DNA of 64,000 nucleotides from Octopus sinensis (lineage: Eukaryota): positions 22,320,001-22,384,000 of the forward strand of contig NC_043018.1 of the NCBI RefSeq assembly GCF_006345805.1, given 5' to 3'. The translations under genes and the position numbers were made by a program. Positions 11,060 through 23,800 of the stretch are shown here, piece after piece (within the stretch, counting starts at the first letter, position 1; each line of letters starts with the position of its first letter). Below the pieces are notes generated by a model. That model saw only the letters and a list, made by a program, of their open reading frames with translations, had not been told where the DNA came from and did no database searches.

Positions 11060-11660
11060 AGCACTTTGTGTGTCAATGAAGTCGTTGCCGTTAATGAACA
11101 TTTTCACCACCGATTACAAGCTCTGAGGAATAAAGTGGTTTTGGCAGAAAGCAATCCAATTTTTGGCAACAGCACAATTATTTTTTGGAAAATAGAGTAT
11201 CAACAAAGAGAAGCTCTGCATGTTCATATGAAAATTTGGGTGGATCAAACACATATTTATGACAGATTCTCCAGAAAAAATTCCAAACATTATAGAGCAC
11301 TATATTACTTGTAGATCGCCATGTTCAGTTTCTAGCCTCACTCTTTAGAATTTGGTCAGTCGTTTTCAAAACTTGGAGAATTTATGGAAAAGGAAAACAA
11401 TGGGGTAAAAAATATATATATGGCTTCCCTAAGGCTGAAGGAAAATTCAATTTCTTCACTGTTGCTGAAAGTACAAAATTAAGAAGAAATGGTGAAGGTT
11501 TTTAAAAGTTTCATTAGCCTCAAGGAAGACCGTTTGGTAAAAATGGTCAATGGTTACAATTCTTTACTGGCAGGCAAATGTTGACTTATTGTCTATTGGA
11601 GAAAACAGTACGATACTGATCAGGTGTGTGACTAGCTTCCAAACAAAAACTGAAAAATGA
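11060..11660 (+). pseudogene. Helentron/Helitron2-type Rep (HUH) domain remnant
   Basis: IFGNSTIIFWKIEYQQREALHVHMKIW (HUH motif 2, cf. EFQxRGxPHxH), YGFPK, and VNGYNSLL..WQANVDLLSIGENSTILIRCVTSFQTKTE (cf. NxYNPxLLxAWxANMDIQFIGE..Y.TKxE). Confidence 0.75.
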
Positions 11661-11876
11661 AGCACAAGTGTTTGGGAAAATTAATTTCTGAGATTGTTCC
11701 AATAATGTGTGTACATTTTCTTCTTTTGTTTTGTATTTATAGCAATTTTTTCGAAAACTGAAGTTAACAGATTTGGTTTAAAAATTCCTTTGTTTTAAGT
11801 TAAAACATTTCTGTCCTCATTTTTTTTTTGCTATAAATGGAATGAAGAACATAATGGTAAATATAATTAATTATAA

Positions 11877-12270
11877 CTAGCAGTATTCCCCGGCGTTGCT
11901 CGGGTTTGTAAGAGAAATAACTATATAAACATTTTTAGAGAGTTATAGCCCAAAAATAGCAAAAAAAATGCATTAAAAATGGAAAAAAATTATGGTAAAT
12001 TTTTTTTAATGGTTGACTCATCGTAGACATTTTTAGAGAGTTACTTCCCATATATAATAGCGAAAAATGCATTAAAATGGAAAAAAATGATGGTAATTTT
12101 TTTTTAACTCGTAGACTCATCGTAGACGCGCGCTAATACCCAGAAGGGCTCGATATGAATCACGACTATAAGATACCCGGTTTTGGTTAAACTGCACCGA
12201 AAAATGTGGGAGTAGTTAGGAATCTAAATCGTAGGAGACAGACACACAACCTCTCTCTTATATATAAAGA
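11877..12270 (-). mobile_element. Non-autonomous Helitron, 394 bp
   Basis: On the minus strand A|TC...CTAG|T, subterminal CCCGAGCAACGCCGGG hairpin, internal ~100-bp repeat; near-identical to 30765-31157 and 39645-40036. Confidence 0.88.
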
Positions 12271-12934
12271 TATAAGCGTCGTCAGGTAAAAAAACAAAAG
12301 TGGACTTCAGTGAAAAATGTGGACGCAGAGTGTTAGAATATTCTTAAGTATTGAATCTGGAGATACAGGTAAATAGTGATTAAGCCGGGTAAAGTATAGA
12401 AGAAAATTACTTAGTATACTGCTGCTTGAGTTGGATTTTAAAACTAAGATAGTTTAAATCAAAATACTCAAGAAGCTATTTTCAATTTTCGTGAAAAGAC
12501 TAACTGCCACCAAGTTTGCACATTAAAAATTTAATATTACAAATTTAGTGCTTTCTATATTTAAAAAATCACATAATAGCAATTTAAGCAAAATTGATAA
12601 TGTTTTACAACCCCTAAGTGTTCTTTCAAAAAGAAAACGCTAAAGATTCATTTCTATATTTTGCACTCAATTTGTTCATTAGCTTCCATCTCTTTAAATA
12701 TTCGTCTGATTGCAAATAGAAAAGACTTTGTTATCTGATAATACAAACTTTAAGAAAATTAGTTCTTTTAAAATGTTTTTTTTTACTCTTATTTTTTTAA
12801 TTACATATATTGTATATGAGGTTAACACAATATCTGTGATTTAAAGTTTTTGAATGATGAGATTTTTTTAAAGAAAATAAAATTAAAAACATAATACGAT
12901 ACTAAACATAGGACAGAAGTGATTTAGCTTAATA

Positions 12935-14196
12935 CGGGGGGCGTTCAATAAGTAATGCCCCTGACCCACTTTCAGTTGTTTGATCTAGCTGAAATTTTGC
13001 AAATGCAATTATCTATATCTCTATAGATTATGTAACAAATTACAGCTCTGAACTCATTGTGGTTTCTGATTTACAGGTGTTTTAACTGAGTCAAGTGTGA
13101 AATAGAGCCTGTTGAGTGTCGAGCAGTGATCCGGTTTTTGTATTTGAAAGGACGCACACCACGGGAGACTTTTGATAAAATGAAAGTAACTTATGGTGAT
13201 GATGCCCCATCATATGACCTTGTAAAACGCTGGTATCGTGAATTCAAACATGGTCGGAACTCTGTGGAAACAGCTCCCAGATTTGGTCGCCCCCCTTCTG
13301 CCATTGATGAGGCATCTGTCCGTCAAGTTGAGGCTGCCATTCTGGAAGATCGACGCATAACTATTCGCCAAATAGCCCATGAGGTCAAGATTAGTACCAA
13401 GTCTGTGGAAACTATCATTCATGATCATTTGCATATGCAAAACGTGTCTGCCAGATGGATTCCCAGGCTGCTCACACCTTTCCAGAAGCAAGAACGCGTC
13501 GAGTGCTCGATGATGAATTTGGAGATGTGCCAAGAAGCTGAGTCAAAACTTTTCAAAAGACTGATTACACAGGATGAAACCTGAGTCCATCACTATGATC
13601 CAGAGAGCAAAGTCCAGTCAATGCAGTGGAAGCACCGTGACTCACCTCCTCCAAAGAAGGCAAGGGTGCAGCCCTCCGCTGGCAAGGTCATGCTCAGTCT
13701 TCTGGGACCAGGACGGAGTAGTGATGACAGATTTCTTGGCAAAGGGTACCACAATTACAGGAGCCTATTATGCTTCATTTTTGAGGAAATTAAGAGAAGC
13801 TATCAAAATCAAGAGGCGGGGCAAGATCAGCAAAGGCATCCTCCTCCTGCAGGACAACGCTCCGGTCCACAACTCGCGTGTCGCCAGATCAGAAGCACAG
13901 GCGTGCGGCTATGAACTCCTCCCCCTCTGATTTTCACCTCTTCCCATCTATGAAGTTGTTTTTGAAAGGAAAGCGTTTCCCAGATGATGCACCCTTGATT
14001 TCTGAAGTCACGTCGTGGTTGGAGGACCAAGCTGGGGTCTTCTACAAAAACGGTCTCCATAGCTGCATCAAACGATAGGAGAAATGTGTAACTCTGGGTG
14101 GTTCCTATGTAAAAAAAGACTAATAACTGTGCCAAGTTTCGTTACTCTACTGCTATGGGAAGTGGGTCAGAGGCATTACTTATTGAACGCCCCTCG
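12935..14196 (+). mobile_element. Full-length mariner (DD34D) element
   Basis: ~37-bp TIRs CG(G/A)GGGGCGTTCAATAAGTAATGCC(C/T)CTGACCCACTT; TA target duplication at 12933-34 and 14197-98. Confidence 0.95.
13102..14123 (+). pseudogene. Mariner transposase pseudogene
   Basis: HTH region RAVIRFLYLKG..., WIPRLLT, ITQDET*, VFWD, LQDNAPVH, PSDFHLF; ATA in place of ATG, TGA in DETW, frameshift near 13700, YSPDL motif deleted near 13920, TAG near 14077. Confidence 0.93.
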
Positions 14197-15320
14197 TACA
14201 AAGAAATTCTTAAACCAAAAATATTAACTTAAAGTTTTAAAATTTCTAAAAAAAAAAAAATAAAAATAAAATATAAAAAAATATTCATAGTATTTTATGA
14301 ACAATTTCAGAAATTTATTTAGCAAATTCTAACTTTAGTAGCAATATTTCAAGTCCCTTTTTTCTTGTCCTGTACTTTTCCAGGCTTAACCACTTCTTGC
14401 CTTTATTTGTCCAGATTCAACACTTCAGAATATTCTAGCACTCTGCACCCGCATTTTTCCTTCTAGTATAAGAATGAAATAACCAAAGCCGTGAAAACTA
14501 TTTTCTTTAGTTTCATTTACGTACTCGTTCATTCACCAGGATGCATGTTACTCCACCTGGAGGAAATCTCTCTTTCTTGACTCCATTCAACACCATTTTA
14601 TTTGGTGGTTTGCCTTTATCTCGAGGATTTGCCTTCCTCACCCTGCTAATACCGCAGGTTGTTGATGATGTCTCCTTAGGTACCTTGGCAAAATTTGAAC
14701 TTAGAACGTAGAAAACTGAAAACAAATACTTCAAGTCATCTGGTTCAAGATTCTTTTACCGTGTCTTCCAGCATACAAGTGGACGGAGTATGTAAAGATT
14801 CAAACATCGCTACTGTCTTTCCCAATCATGTTGCATTTAACATGGCGGTTTGATCCTCCAAAGACGTCTCGGTGTATGGGTCGACCTAGCTTATTTGGCT
14901 GTAAATTTTTATCTGAACTCGTATTCCGCAGAAAAATGATTGTTCTGCTAATCCATCGCCCCAGATGCTACTTTTTTTATTTTCATCGATTTCGAAAGAA
15001 CAAAAAGGTAAAGTTGATCTTGGTGGGATTTGACCTCAGAACGAATACCGTGAGGCATTTTGTTGCACATTGTTTCCGTATTGCCATTCCACTGTCTCAT
15101 ATTCATGCTTTTTACTTGATCTTGAATGGATGAAAGACAAAGTTTCCCATGTCAGGAATTGGATTCAGAACGTAGAGAGCCAGAATAGACATCGCGAGGC
15201 TTTCTATCCGATGCTCTAACAGCTCTGCCAGTTTACCCCATAAAACAGTAAATAACTAAAAAAGAAATAAAAAAACTTAGGGAGTATTTAGTCACGTGAT
15301 TCTTCACTAAAATTCGTAGT

Positions 15321-15707
15321 GGATGGAAGCACTCCGTCGGTTACGACGACGAGGGTTCCGGTTGATCCGATCAACGGAACAGCCTGCTCGTGAAATTAAC
15401 GTGTAAGTGGCTGAGCACTCCACAGACACGTGTACCCTTAACGTAGTTCTCGGGGAGATTCAGCGTGACACAGAGAGTGACAAGGCCGGCCCTTTGAAAT
15501 ACAGGTACAACAGAAACAGGAAGTAAGAGTGAGAGAAAGTTGTGGTGAAAGAGTACAGCAGGGATCACCACCATCCCCTGCCGGAGCCTCGTGGAGCTTT
15601 AGGTGTTTTCGCTCAATAAACACTCACAACGCCAGGTCTGGGAATCGAAACCGCGATCCTACGACCGCGAGTCCGCTGCCCTAACCACTGGGCCATTGCG
15701 CCTCCAC
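15321..15707 (-). mobile_element. SINE E, full length
   Basis: tRNA-like head GGAGGCGCAATGGCCCAGTGGTTAGG...GGTTTCGATTCCC; 12-bp TSD AAAATTCGTAGT at 15309-15320 and 15708-15719; homologous to 49435-49807 and 58180-58563. Confidence 0.92.
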
Positions 15708-16344
15708 AAAATTCGTAGTAATCAGTAAAATAGAAAATGTTTGATTGATATGACGATTTAAGAATCGAAGCAAAAGCAGCTTTCGTTTCAATGTGTTACG
15801 AATGTAACTGTCAATTTCCAAACCTTAATTCGAGTAATTCATTAAGAAATCATTTAATGTTTTGTTATATTTCAATTAATTTTGTATACAATGTGTCATT
15901 TTTCAATCTAATCAACTTCTAACACCTGAAGGTAATGTCGAAGGAAATTGTGTTAGAGATCGGAAACGAAATGTAACTGGTACATTGTCGCCAATTGTTG
16001 TATTATTAAATCAAATATGATGATATATGGAAACGGAAATAACAAAAGCATTGGAGATTTTTCTTCGTATTAAAATTGAGAAAATTACGTTTATGACAGA
16101 CAGCTAATCTTATAGCAGATATTCTCTAAAGATATCAACGAGTGAAAAATATGAATATATTTATTAGAGTGTCTTTATAGTACTAACATTTCATACGGAA
16201 GAGACGGAGAAAGTGATAAAATAGTTTGTAATGTTTTAAAGTTGTTTTTCTCTGTAAATCTTTTTACTGTTTATGCTTTGCAAGATGAAGAATAAAGCAA
16301 TATGTCTTTATATCATGGCTTGAAACAATGGCATCTGACAGTGG

Positions 16345-16945
16345 CTGCTGTGGCCGTGTGGTTAAGCTCGCTTTGCAATCACATAGCTTTGGGTTCAATC
16401 CAACGACGCAGCACCTTGGGCAAGTGTCTACTATATCTCCCCAGGCTGACCAATGCCTTGTGGTGGAAACTGTGTAGAAACCCGTTGGATGTATATATTT
16501 ACACGTGTGTGTTGTGTGTGTGTGTTTGCTCTCCCCTCACACACACTACTACCTATTTCTTTATTACCCACAAGGAGCTAAACATAGAGGGGACAAACAA
16601 GGACAGACATAGGTATTAAGTCGATTATATCGACCCCAGTGCGTAACTGGTACTTAATTTATCGACCTCGAAAGGATGAAAGGCAAAGTCGACCTCGGCG
16701 GAATTTGAACTCACAACGTAACGACAGACGAAATATCGCAAAGCATTTCGCCCGGCGTGCTAACGTTTCTGCCAGCTCTCTGCCGCTTGACAACTAGTGG
16801 TGATTTGTTTACACCTCCGTAACTTAGCTGTTCGGCAAAAGTAACCGATGGAATACGCATCAGACTTCAAACAAAATCGTTCAACTGAACCCTTCAAAGC
16901 GGCACTCGAGCATGGCCTCGATCCAACGACTGAAACAAACGAAAG
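16345..16945 (+). mobile_element. SINE B, old copy split by a nested SINE A
   Basis: Head, core and (GT)n before 16553; GCTTGACAAC..TAACTTAGCTGTTCGGCAAAAG and 3' end after 16786. Confidence 0.8.
16554..16785 (-). mobile_element. SINE A, young-tail monomer nested in SINE B
   Basis: Minus strand ends AAAGAAATA and continues into GGTAGTAG; ACCTATGTC tail subtype. Confidence 0.9.
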
Positions 16946-17367
16946 ATTCTTGAGTCTTTAGAACCTAATGTAAGTCGAAGAGAATCCAGCAACAGCCCTG
17001 ACGAGCATCATCCAAGCGATATCGATGCACCATGGATGTGGAAATTCTCGATGGTTAAACAACCAGCCAGAGTTGAAAAAGGAACCATTGCTAGATAATT
17101 AATCTTAAGGCTTTAAGACTCGTGGATCTTAAACAATATATGTAATTTGCATCGGTAAAATACACACACGCACGTATATATACAAGCACGTATACATACT
17201 TTTTATATACACACACAGGTAAAATAACAGAAATGAAATAAGGGGAACAAGAGGCGGACAGTTGGACAACGTAAGAAGTTTTAAGAGTTATTAAAAATGT
17301 GGTGGACAAAATATTAACACAGAAACAATTTACACAAATTTGTATCCCGAAAAGAAGGAAGAAGTAG

Positions 17368-17530
17368 AAGTGCGCAGGAGTGGCTGTGTGGTAAGTAGCT
17401 TGCTACCCAACCACATGGTTCCGGGTTCAGTCCCACTGCGTGGCATCTTGGGCAAGTGTCTTCTGCTATAGCCCCGGGCCGACCAATGCCTTGTGAGTGG
17501 ATTTGGTAGACGGAAACTGAAAGAAGCCTG

Positions 17531-17573
<43 letters not shown>

Positions 17574-17754
17574 TCCCCCTAACATTGCTTGACAACCGTT
17601 TACGTCCCCGTAACTTAGCGGTTCGGCAAAAAGAGACCGATAGAATAAGTACTGGGCTTACAAAGAATAAGTCCCGGGGTCGATTTGCTCGACTAAAAGC
17701 GGTGCTCCAGCATGGCCGCAGTCAAATGACTGAAACAAGTAAAAGAGTAAAGAG
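17368..17754 (+). mobile_element. SINE B, young full-length copy with internal (GT)n
   Basis: Near-identical to 5388-5893 except for the microsatellite. Confidence 0.9.
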
Positions 17755-18296
17755 AACTAGTTATCAAAGAGTGAGAAAGAAAAAAAGCAAGAAAAAAATA
17801 ACCAAACAATGGTAACTGTTTAAAGCATGTGCGTACCTTTTGGCTACAGGTAGTGAACAGGCCAACCCGTGTGCTTGGCTTCTTCAGCTCATTTATGACA
17901 AATTGAATATTGAGAAAGAGGTGTATTAATGAGACACCTACTAAGTATATTTTGGGTTTTTGTGAAATGCCAACCGGTCAGGATTGATTGCTTGCGTCCG
18001 ACGACTTGATTAAAATTTATGTTCTGCTGATGACTTTCACTACACCGGTGTACGAAAATGGCGTTCAGATTAGAACAAGGCAACGTCACTAGAAGGCGGT
18101 AGGGGTTCGCTCTCCTGTTCGCAACACATCGGATGCAATTGTGCATCGTTATTCAGCTAGAGGAAATGTCATCTTGGGGTTAAAAAATCGTAGTACAGTC
18201 CGTTCGAACGGAACAGCCATATTGAAGTGGCTATGGACATCACTTGCTTATACAACTACTATGCCTATCTCTTAGATTTTAGAATTAGCTTTTTTG

Positions 18297-18345
<49 letters not shown>

Positions 18346-18811
18346 CACGCTATAAATCGTCTCAAAAAATTCTAAATCTTTGGAATATTTCTGCCTTCTC
18401 TGTTGAACCATTTTCAGAAAGAAAAACAAAACCAAATAACATAACCTAATTTCGATTCTTTCTCACATTCGAAACCAATACCTTTCAATGTTTCATTTTC
18501 TTTTCCCAAAATTCTCATTGCATATTCTCTCTCGAAGTAAAGGAGAAAAAGTTAAAATGTTGTAAAAAAAATGGTGATGGAGTGCTTCAACAATTGTTAG
18601 CTCTCAATGGAAATCGTAGGAAATTAACTTAGAGCAAAAGAGACTCGGTGATATTAATAACCTATTACTTTTTTAGATTCGCCATCCCCCCATGCCCACC
18701 TCCTCTGCACTATCGTACGAGGAAGATTTCTGGACGCTGGTTAAATTCATTGAGTATTATTGACGTCAGGAAGTGAATAGCCTTTTCATTATAATGTTTA
18801 ATGCATAGATA

Positions 18812-19160
18812 GTAGTGACCCCCTTCGGTCAGACACTGACCATGAGTTTGCACCTAGAGAGTTACTCTCCGAGGCACAAGTCTGGGCAAGGTTGTTTCAT
18901 GGAAGACCAGCAGTCGCCCATGCATACCGGCCTCCCCTCTCCACGTCACCGATGTTGTCCAAGGGAAAGGCAAAGGGGCCGATACAGCTTGGCACCTGTG
19001 ACGTCGCAACTCATTTCTACAGCTGAGTGAACTGGAGCAACGTGAAATAAAGTGTCTTGCTCAAGAACACAACACGCAGCCCGGTCCGGGATTCGAGCTC
19101 ACAACCTCACGATCGTAAGCTCGACGCTCTAACCACTGAGCCACGCGCCTTCTATGCCTC
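18812..19160 (-). mobile_element. SINE D, full length
   Basis: Minus strand GGCGCGTGGCTCAGTGGTTAGAGCG head, GTGTTCTTGAGCAAGACACTT central motif, tail TGACCGAAGGGGGTC; ATGCATAGATA repeated at 18801-18811 and 19161-19171. Confidence 0.88.
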
Positions 19161-19682
19161 ATGCATAGATACATCAGCTGTTATACTGCAAGATTTCTAT
19201 TCGTATACATATATTAAGATTCCATTTACGAGTGGGTGTTTCAATGAGCACATACATTGCTCTTATACATATGTTTAGCACATTTTCAATGCTGTTATTT
19301 ATAAACACTTTCTAGCATTATTTACTGTTTGACTATACAATAAAATCATCTTTATGCGTCAAAACATCATATACTATAGTCTTTGTTTTATTTTATCTTA
19401 TTGAATAAAGAACACAAATATTTTTATTGAATTATGTATATAAACTGACTGCAATAAATTTTACATCTGTTTAAAAAAAAAAGTATTTAAACGAATTCGG
19501 CAATTTTGCATTGAGAGAGTAAAAAGTGTTTTGATCTCCAGGCTTAATCTATTCACATCCATCTCTGTAATTAAAATTATTTGTAGTTTTCAACTAAGCC
19601 GACTGCATTCGTTTCAGTTCATTAAAAATAATGATTTGGTTTAAATGACAAAACAGATTATTGTTTTCTTACTAAACAAAGC

Positions 19683-19719
<37 letters not shown>

Positions 19720-20984
19720 GTTGTTATTATTTACCGTCTGCTCCACCCTCCTGAACTTGCAGACGACTGTTGTGTGAATCTTTTAATATATACACTGTAA
19801 ACAACTTATTTGGAAATCGCAGGAAATTAAATAACTGCAAACGTACTTTTATTTCATTTTATTTCCTAATTTTTTTATTTCAAATTTTGCTTGATATAAT
19901 TTTGGTCAATATACAACTTACAAAATAATGTTAAAAAATTTTTGTTCGTCGTGAATCAAACAGTATTATTGACATGAAATATTTTTTCAAAAAATATCAA
20001 TGCAAAATTGAAAAGCATATTTTCTAACAATTGAGACATTAGCTTTGTAACTGCAGCCTAGATGTAACTACGAAATGAACTTCCTATCACATATACATAT
20101 TTAATTTTCAAACATTTTCCTCGATATAAAATTCTTCCATTTTTTAAAAAAATTCACAATGGAAATTTATAAAAGAAATAAACCGAAATATCTCTTTCAT
20201 CCAACGCCGTTGTCAGATATAGCGTTGTAAATAAGTGAAGCCAGTTCCCCGATAACTAAAATTGGTTCCTTAGTCACTTTTCTAAAACGATACATACGAA
20301 CAAAATTCATATTCAAATGTGTATTGATTATATTTAAACAGAGAAATGTAAAAAGATATTTGTCATGGCGTATACATGCGCACGAATATGTAGTGTATAT
20401 TTGTTGGCAATATCTTTGAAGGTAAATAATGATTTATTTTATTCTCTACAAGTGAAAAGTGCGTAATCGATCCACACGCCGTAATATCTTACTAGTATTT
20501 AATCAATCGATTGCAAAGAGATGAAAAAAGATATATTATGAGAGAAATACCAAGATAGGTCTTCGCAAGATAGGTAAAGCTTGCTAAAATATCCTGATCC
20601 TGAAAGCTAACATTTTACTACAAATAGTAGAGAGCTTCGTTGGAAAAAGTAACTCTTGCTAAATGACATTCAAATCAGTGGTCTGAAGCCGGATAGATCA
20701 CGAGTTTCCAAGAAATGTTTAAGCACACAAATTCCTTCTAGGAATTGTTAAAGGGTGGGGGTCGATAAAAAAATATAGTAGACATATTTAACAATTGGCA
20801 AATTCAGAAATTGAACCCGAGATCACTTTATCCTATGCAGACAAAAGCAACTCAAGACTACGATCGCGATTCGCGAAAATATTACTATCGCCACGAAAAA
20901 AAATCTGACCATTCAAGACAGTGTGGAATCAAATCTAACAGCAGTTTCATCTTTGGTGCGCTTTTTCTGGCCAAGACCGTCGTC

Positions 20985-21578
20985 GCTGGCAGAAACGTTA
21001 GCACGCCAAGCGAAATGCGTAGCCGTATTTCGTCTGCCGTTACGTTCTGAGTTCAAATCCCGCCGAGGTCGACTTTGCCTTTCATCCTTTCGGGGTCGAT
21101 AAATTAAGTACCAGTTACGCATTGGGGGTCGATGTAATGACTTAATACTTATGTCTGTCCTTGTTTGTCCCCTCTGTGTTTAGCCCCTTGTGGGTAGTAA
21201 AGAAATAGGTATTTCGTCTGCCGCTACGTTCTGAGTTCAAATCCCGCCGAGGTCGACTTTGCCTTTCATTCTTTCGGGGTCGATAAATTAAGTACCAGTT
21301 ACGCACTGGGGTCGACGTAATCGTCTTAACCCGTTTGTCTGTCCTTGTTTGTCCCCTCTGTGTTAGCCCCTTGTGGGTAGTAAAGAAATAGGTATTTCGT
21401 CTGCCGCTACGTTCTGAGTTCAAATCCCGCCGAGGTCGACTTTGCCTTTCATTCTTTCGGGGTCGATAAATTAAGTACCAGTTACGCACTGGGGTCGACG
21501 TAATCGTCTTAACCCGTTTGTCTGTCCTTGTTTGTCCCCTCTGTGTTTAGTCCCTTGTGTGTAGTAAAGAAATATATA
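20985..21578 (+). mobile_element. SINE A trimer: one head plus three ~184-bp units
   Basis: Units start (TATTTCG) at 21026, 21210 and 21393; junctions AAAGAAATAGG|TATTTCGTCTG; ends GAAATATATAT. Confidence 0.92.
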
Positions 21579-21899
21579 TTCAGTGCATTTTAGCGACTGT
21601 AAGAAATAACACGCAGACAGTAGACCGGACACAGAACACGACAGTCAGCGGACAGCAGCAGAACCAGTAGAAGCCACAAACAATGGACAGCAGCGACGGC
21701 AGCTAACCTGAAGAAACTCACGATAGCGACTGCTATGATAGTCTAAGAACAATAAGCTTTGAACTATCTCGGTGTTTGTCGTTCGATGTAACTTTTGTTT
21801 TTGTTTACGATAAAAAAAAATTTCTTTATCAAAAATTTTAAAAAGATTTCTAAATTCTTTATCGTAACAAGACAAAAACCACTCAAGGTTTGCAGTCAA

Positions 21900-22510
21900 T
21901 ATATCCAGTTGTTCCCGCCTCTCAGATTTAGGGTCGATAAAATACAGTAACAGTCAACGTAACCGATTTGCCTTCCCCTCAAAATTGCTGGCTCTGTGCC
22001 AAAAACCGTTTACACGTGCCAGGAAGAATGCTTAACGGCTTTCATACGTCTTTAGGTCCTAAGTTCAAATTCCGCCGGGGTCAACTTTGCCTTTCATCCA
22101 TTCGGTATCTATTAAATAAGTACAAGTTGAGCACTGGGGTCGATGTAATCGACTAGTCCCCTCCCCCAAAATTGCATTTCTTGTGACAAAATTAGCGGTA
22201 TTTCGCCCGTCGCTCCCTAAGTTCAAATTCCGCGAAAGTCGACTTTGCCTTTCATCCTTTCAGGATAGATAGATTAAGTACCAGTGAAACACTGGTGTCG
22301 ATGTGGTTATTAAGGGGGCGAACTGGCAGAATCGTTAGCGCACCAGACAAAATGCCTAGCAGCATTTCTTCTGGCTCTTTATATTCTCTGTTCAAATCCC
22401 ACCGAGGTCAACTTTGCGTTTCATCTTTTAGGGTCGATAAAATACAGTAACAGTCAACGTAACTGATTTGCCTTCTCCCTCAAAATTGCTGGCTCTGTAC
22501 CAAAAATTCA
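21900..22510 (+). repeat. Cluster of decayed SINE A fragments with a local ~90-bp duplication
   Basis: Several AGTTCAAATTCC/CTTTCATCC motifs; TAGGGTCGATAAAATACAGTAACAGTCAACGTAAC..AAAATTGCTGGCTCTGT occurs near 21930 and near 22430. Confidence 0.7.
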
Positions 22511-23062
22511 ATGAGATTTTATTAATATGTGTTGGCAGTGGACGGAAGTATATTTTCTTCGCTGTTTTTTTTTTCTTTTAGATATTTAACACAAGCGTAA
22601 GTTTTAAAAAACATCTTTTAAATATATTCTTCAAAGAAAATTTCTGAACGTCTTTCCACACCATGTAGAAAAGCATGTATTGTCTTTGCTGGACATTTGT
22701 AACAGTCTTGTTTACATTCAACCTAAGACGACTTCGAATCAAAGAGACAACGCCTGTCGAGAACGTTAATTAAAACACCAGCAGAGAAAAACAAACAAAC
22801 ACACAAAGCGAAGACAAATTTAATCACTAATTTAATAATTACACAGCATGACGTAAATATTCAACAGGATAAAAGACGTTTACAAAGATACAATAACAGT
22901 ATTCTGGATATTTTCAGCGATATGGCAAATAACAATAAAGACAATGATTGTGCACGCGTTCATTTTCTCAAATGAAAAATAGTGAAAAAAGTTTTTCATT
23001 CGCCTGTACCGCTAGTCTCAAAGATGTATTAAACATGAACCGCCAAAAAAGAAATATATATA

Positions 23063-23230
23063 TCTTATATAAAATCCGTTCTGTCTGTCCTGTGTGTATG
23101 TCTTCTCAGATCTCGGGCATCCTCCATCCGATTGCGCTCAATTTTGATATGTAGATACCGACGGTATCAGGGCGTGAATAAGTCTTGAAAAAATTACAAA
23201 AATCGATTCCGTGTGAGAATGCGAGGGATA
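23063..23230 (+). mobile_element. Putative 5' end of a second non-autonomous Helitron family
   Basis: A|TCTTATATAAAATCCGTTCTGTCTGTCC...TCCATCCGATTGCGCTCAATTTTG resembles Helitron-N 5' ends; 3' end not resolved. Confidence 0.4.
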
Positions 23231-23539
23231 AAGCCATATTTGTCCTGCTTTTCTTCCGTCAACCTGTACATAACTGCACCTTCCATTTTGTTGTTTTGTA
23301 CTACTTAAAGTCACGTTTCTTTCCGGCCAAGCTTACTGTTTAAACCATGTTTGTGTTCTCCCAGTCAACAGCCTTATCATTACTGGTACTTTAAACTCTT
23401 CTGTTGCATATTTGTGTGAATAAAATCGTTTTTCTTTGGAATAGAAAAAGTCTATCTTTATTTCTTCTTTTGCTGGTGTCTCAAATTTAGGTTAAATCAG
23501 TGTTTCTCAAAGGCAAAGCCTATGGGACGGTCGGACAAG

Positions 23540-23800
23540 TTGCTTTGAGAAAATTTGGCCGAAATGCTTGACAACTCAGCACCGTCCATTGGACGGGGGG
23601 CGTTTTGCTCGTATATATATATATATATATATATTTGTAGGATTTTGTGAAGAGCAAGGCCTGTCTCTGCCAGAGTTCATTGCTCAAAAGCAAAATCATG
23701 GTAAGGTTTATCCTAGCATCAATTGTCAGAAGAACATTTATCGATGTGAGCAGCGATATTTTCCCTACTGGTCGGAACAAGTTTGACGGGGTCGTATGCC
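23540..23800 (+). pseudogene. Possible Helitron Pif1 helicase remnant interrupted by (TA)n
   Basis: EKIWPKCLTTQHRPLDGGRFA and KVYPSINCQKNIYRCEQRYFP loosely match the LW..LTTNMR..FA and KVFPNI..WLCERAIL motifs. Confidence 0.4.

Noticed and set aside
13126-13584. Intact mariner transposase gene
   Set aside because: Start codon lost, premature stops, a frameshift and a motif deletion.
20985-21578. Regularly spaced repeats resembling a CRISPR array
   Set aside because: Units are contiguous ~184-bp SINE bodies with no unique spacers, there are no cas genes, and the context is eukaryotic.
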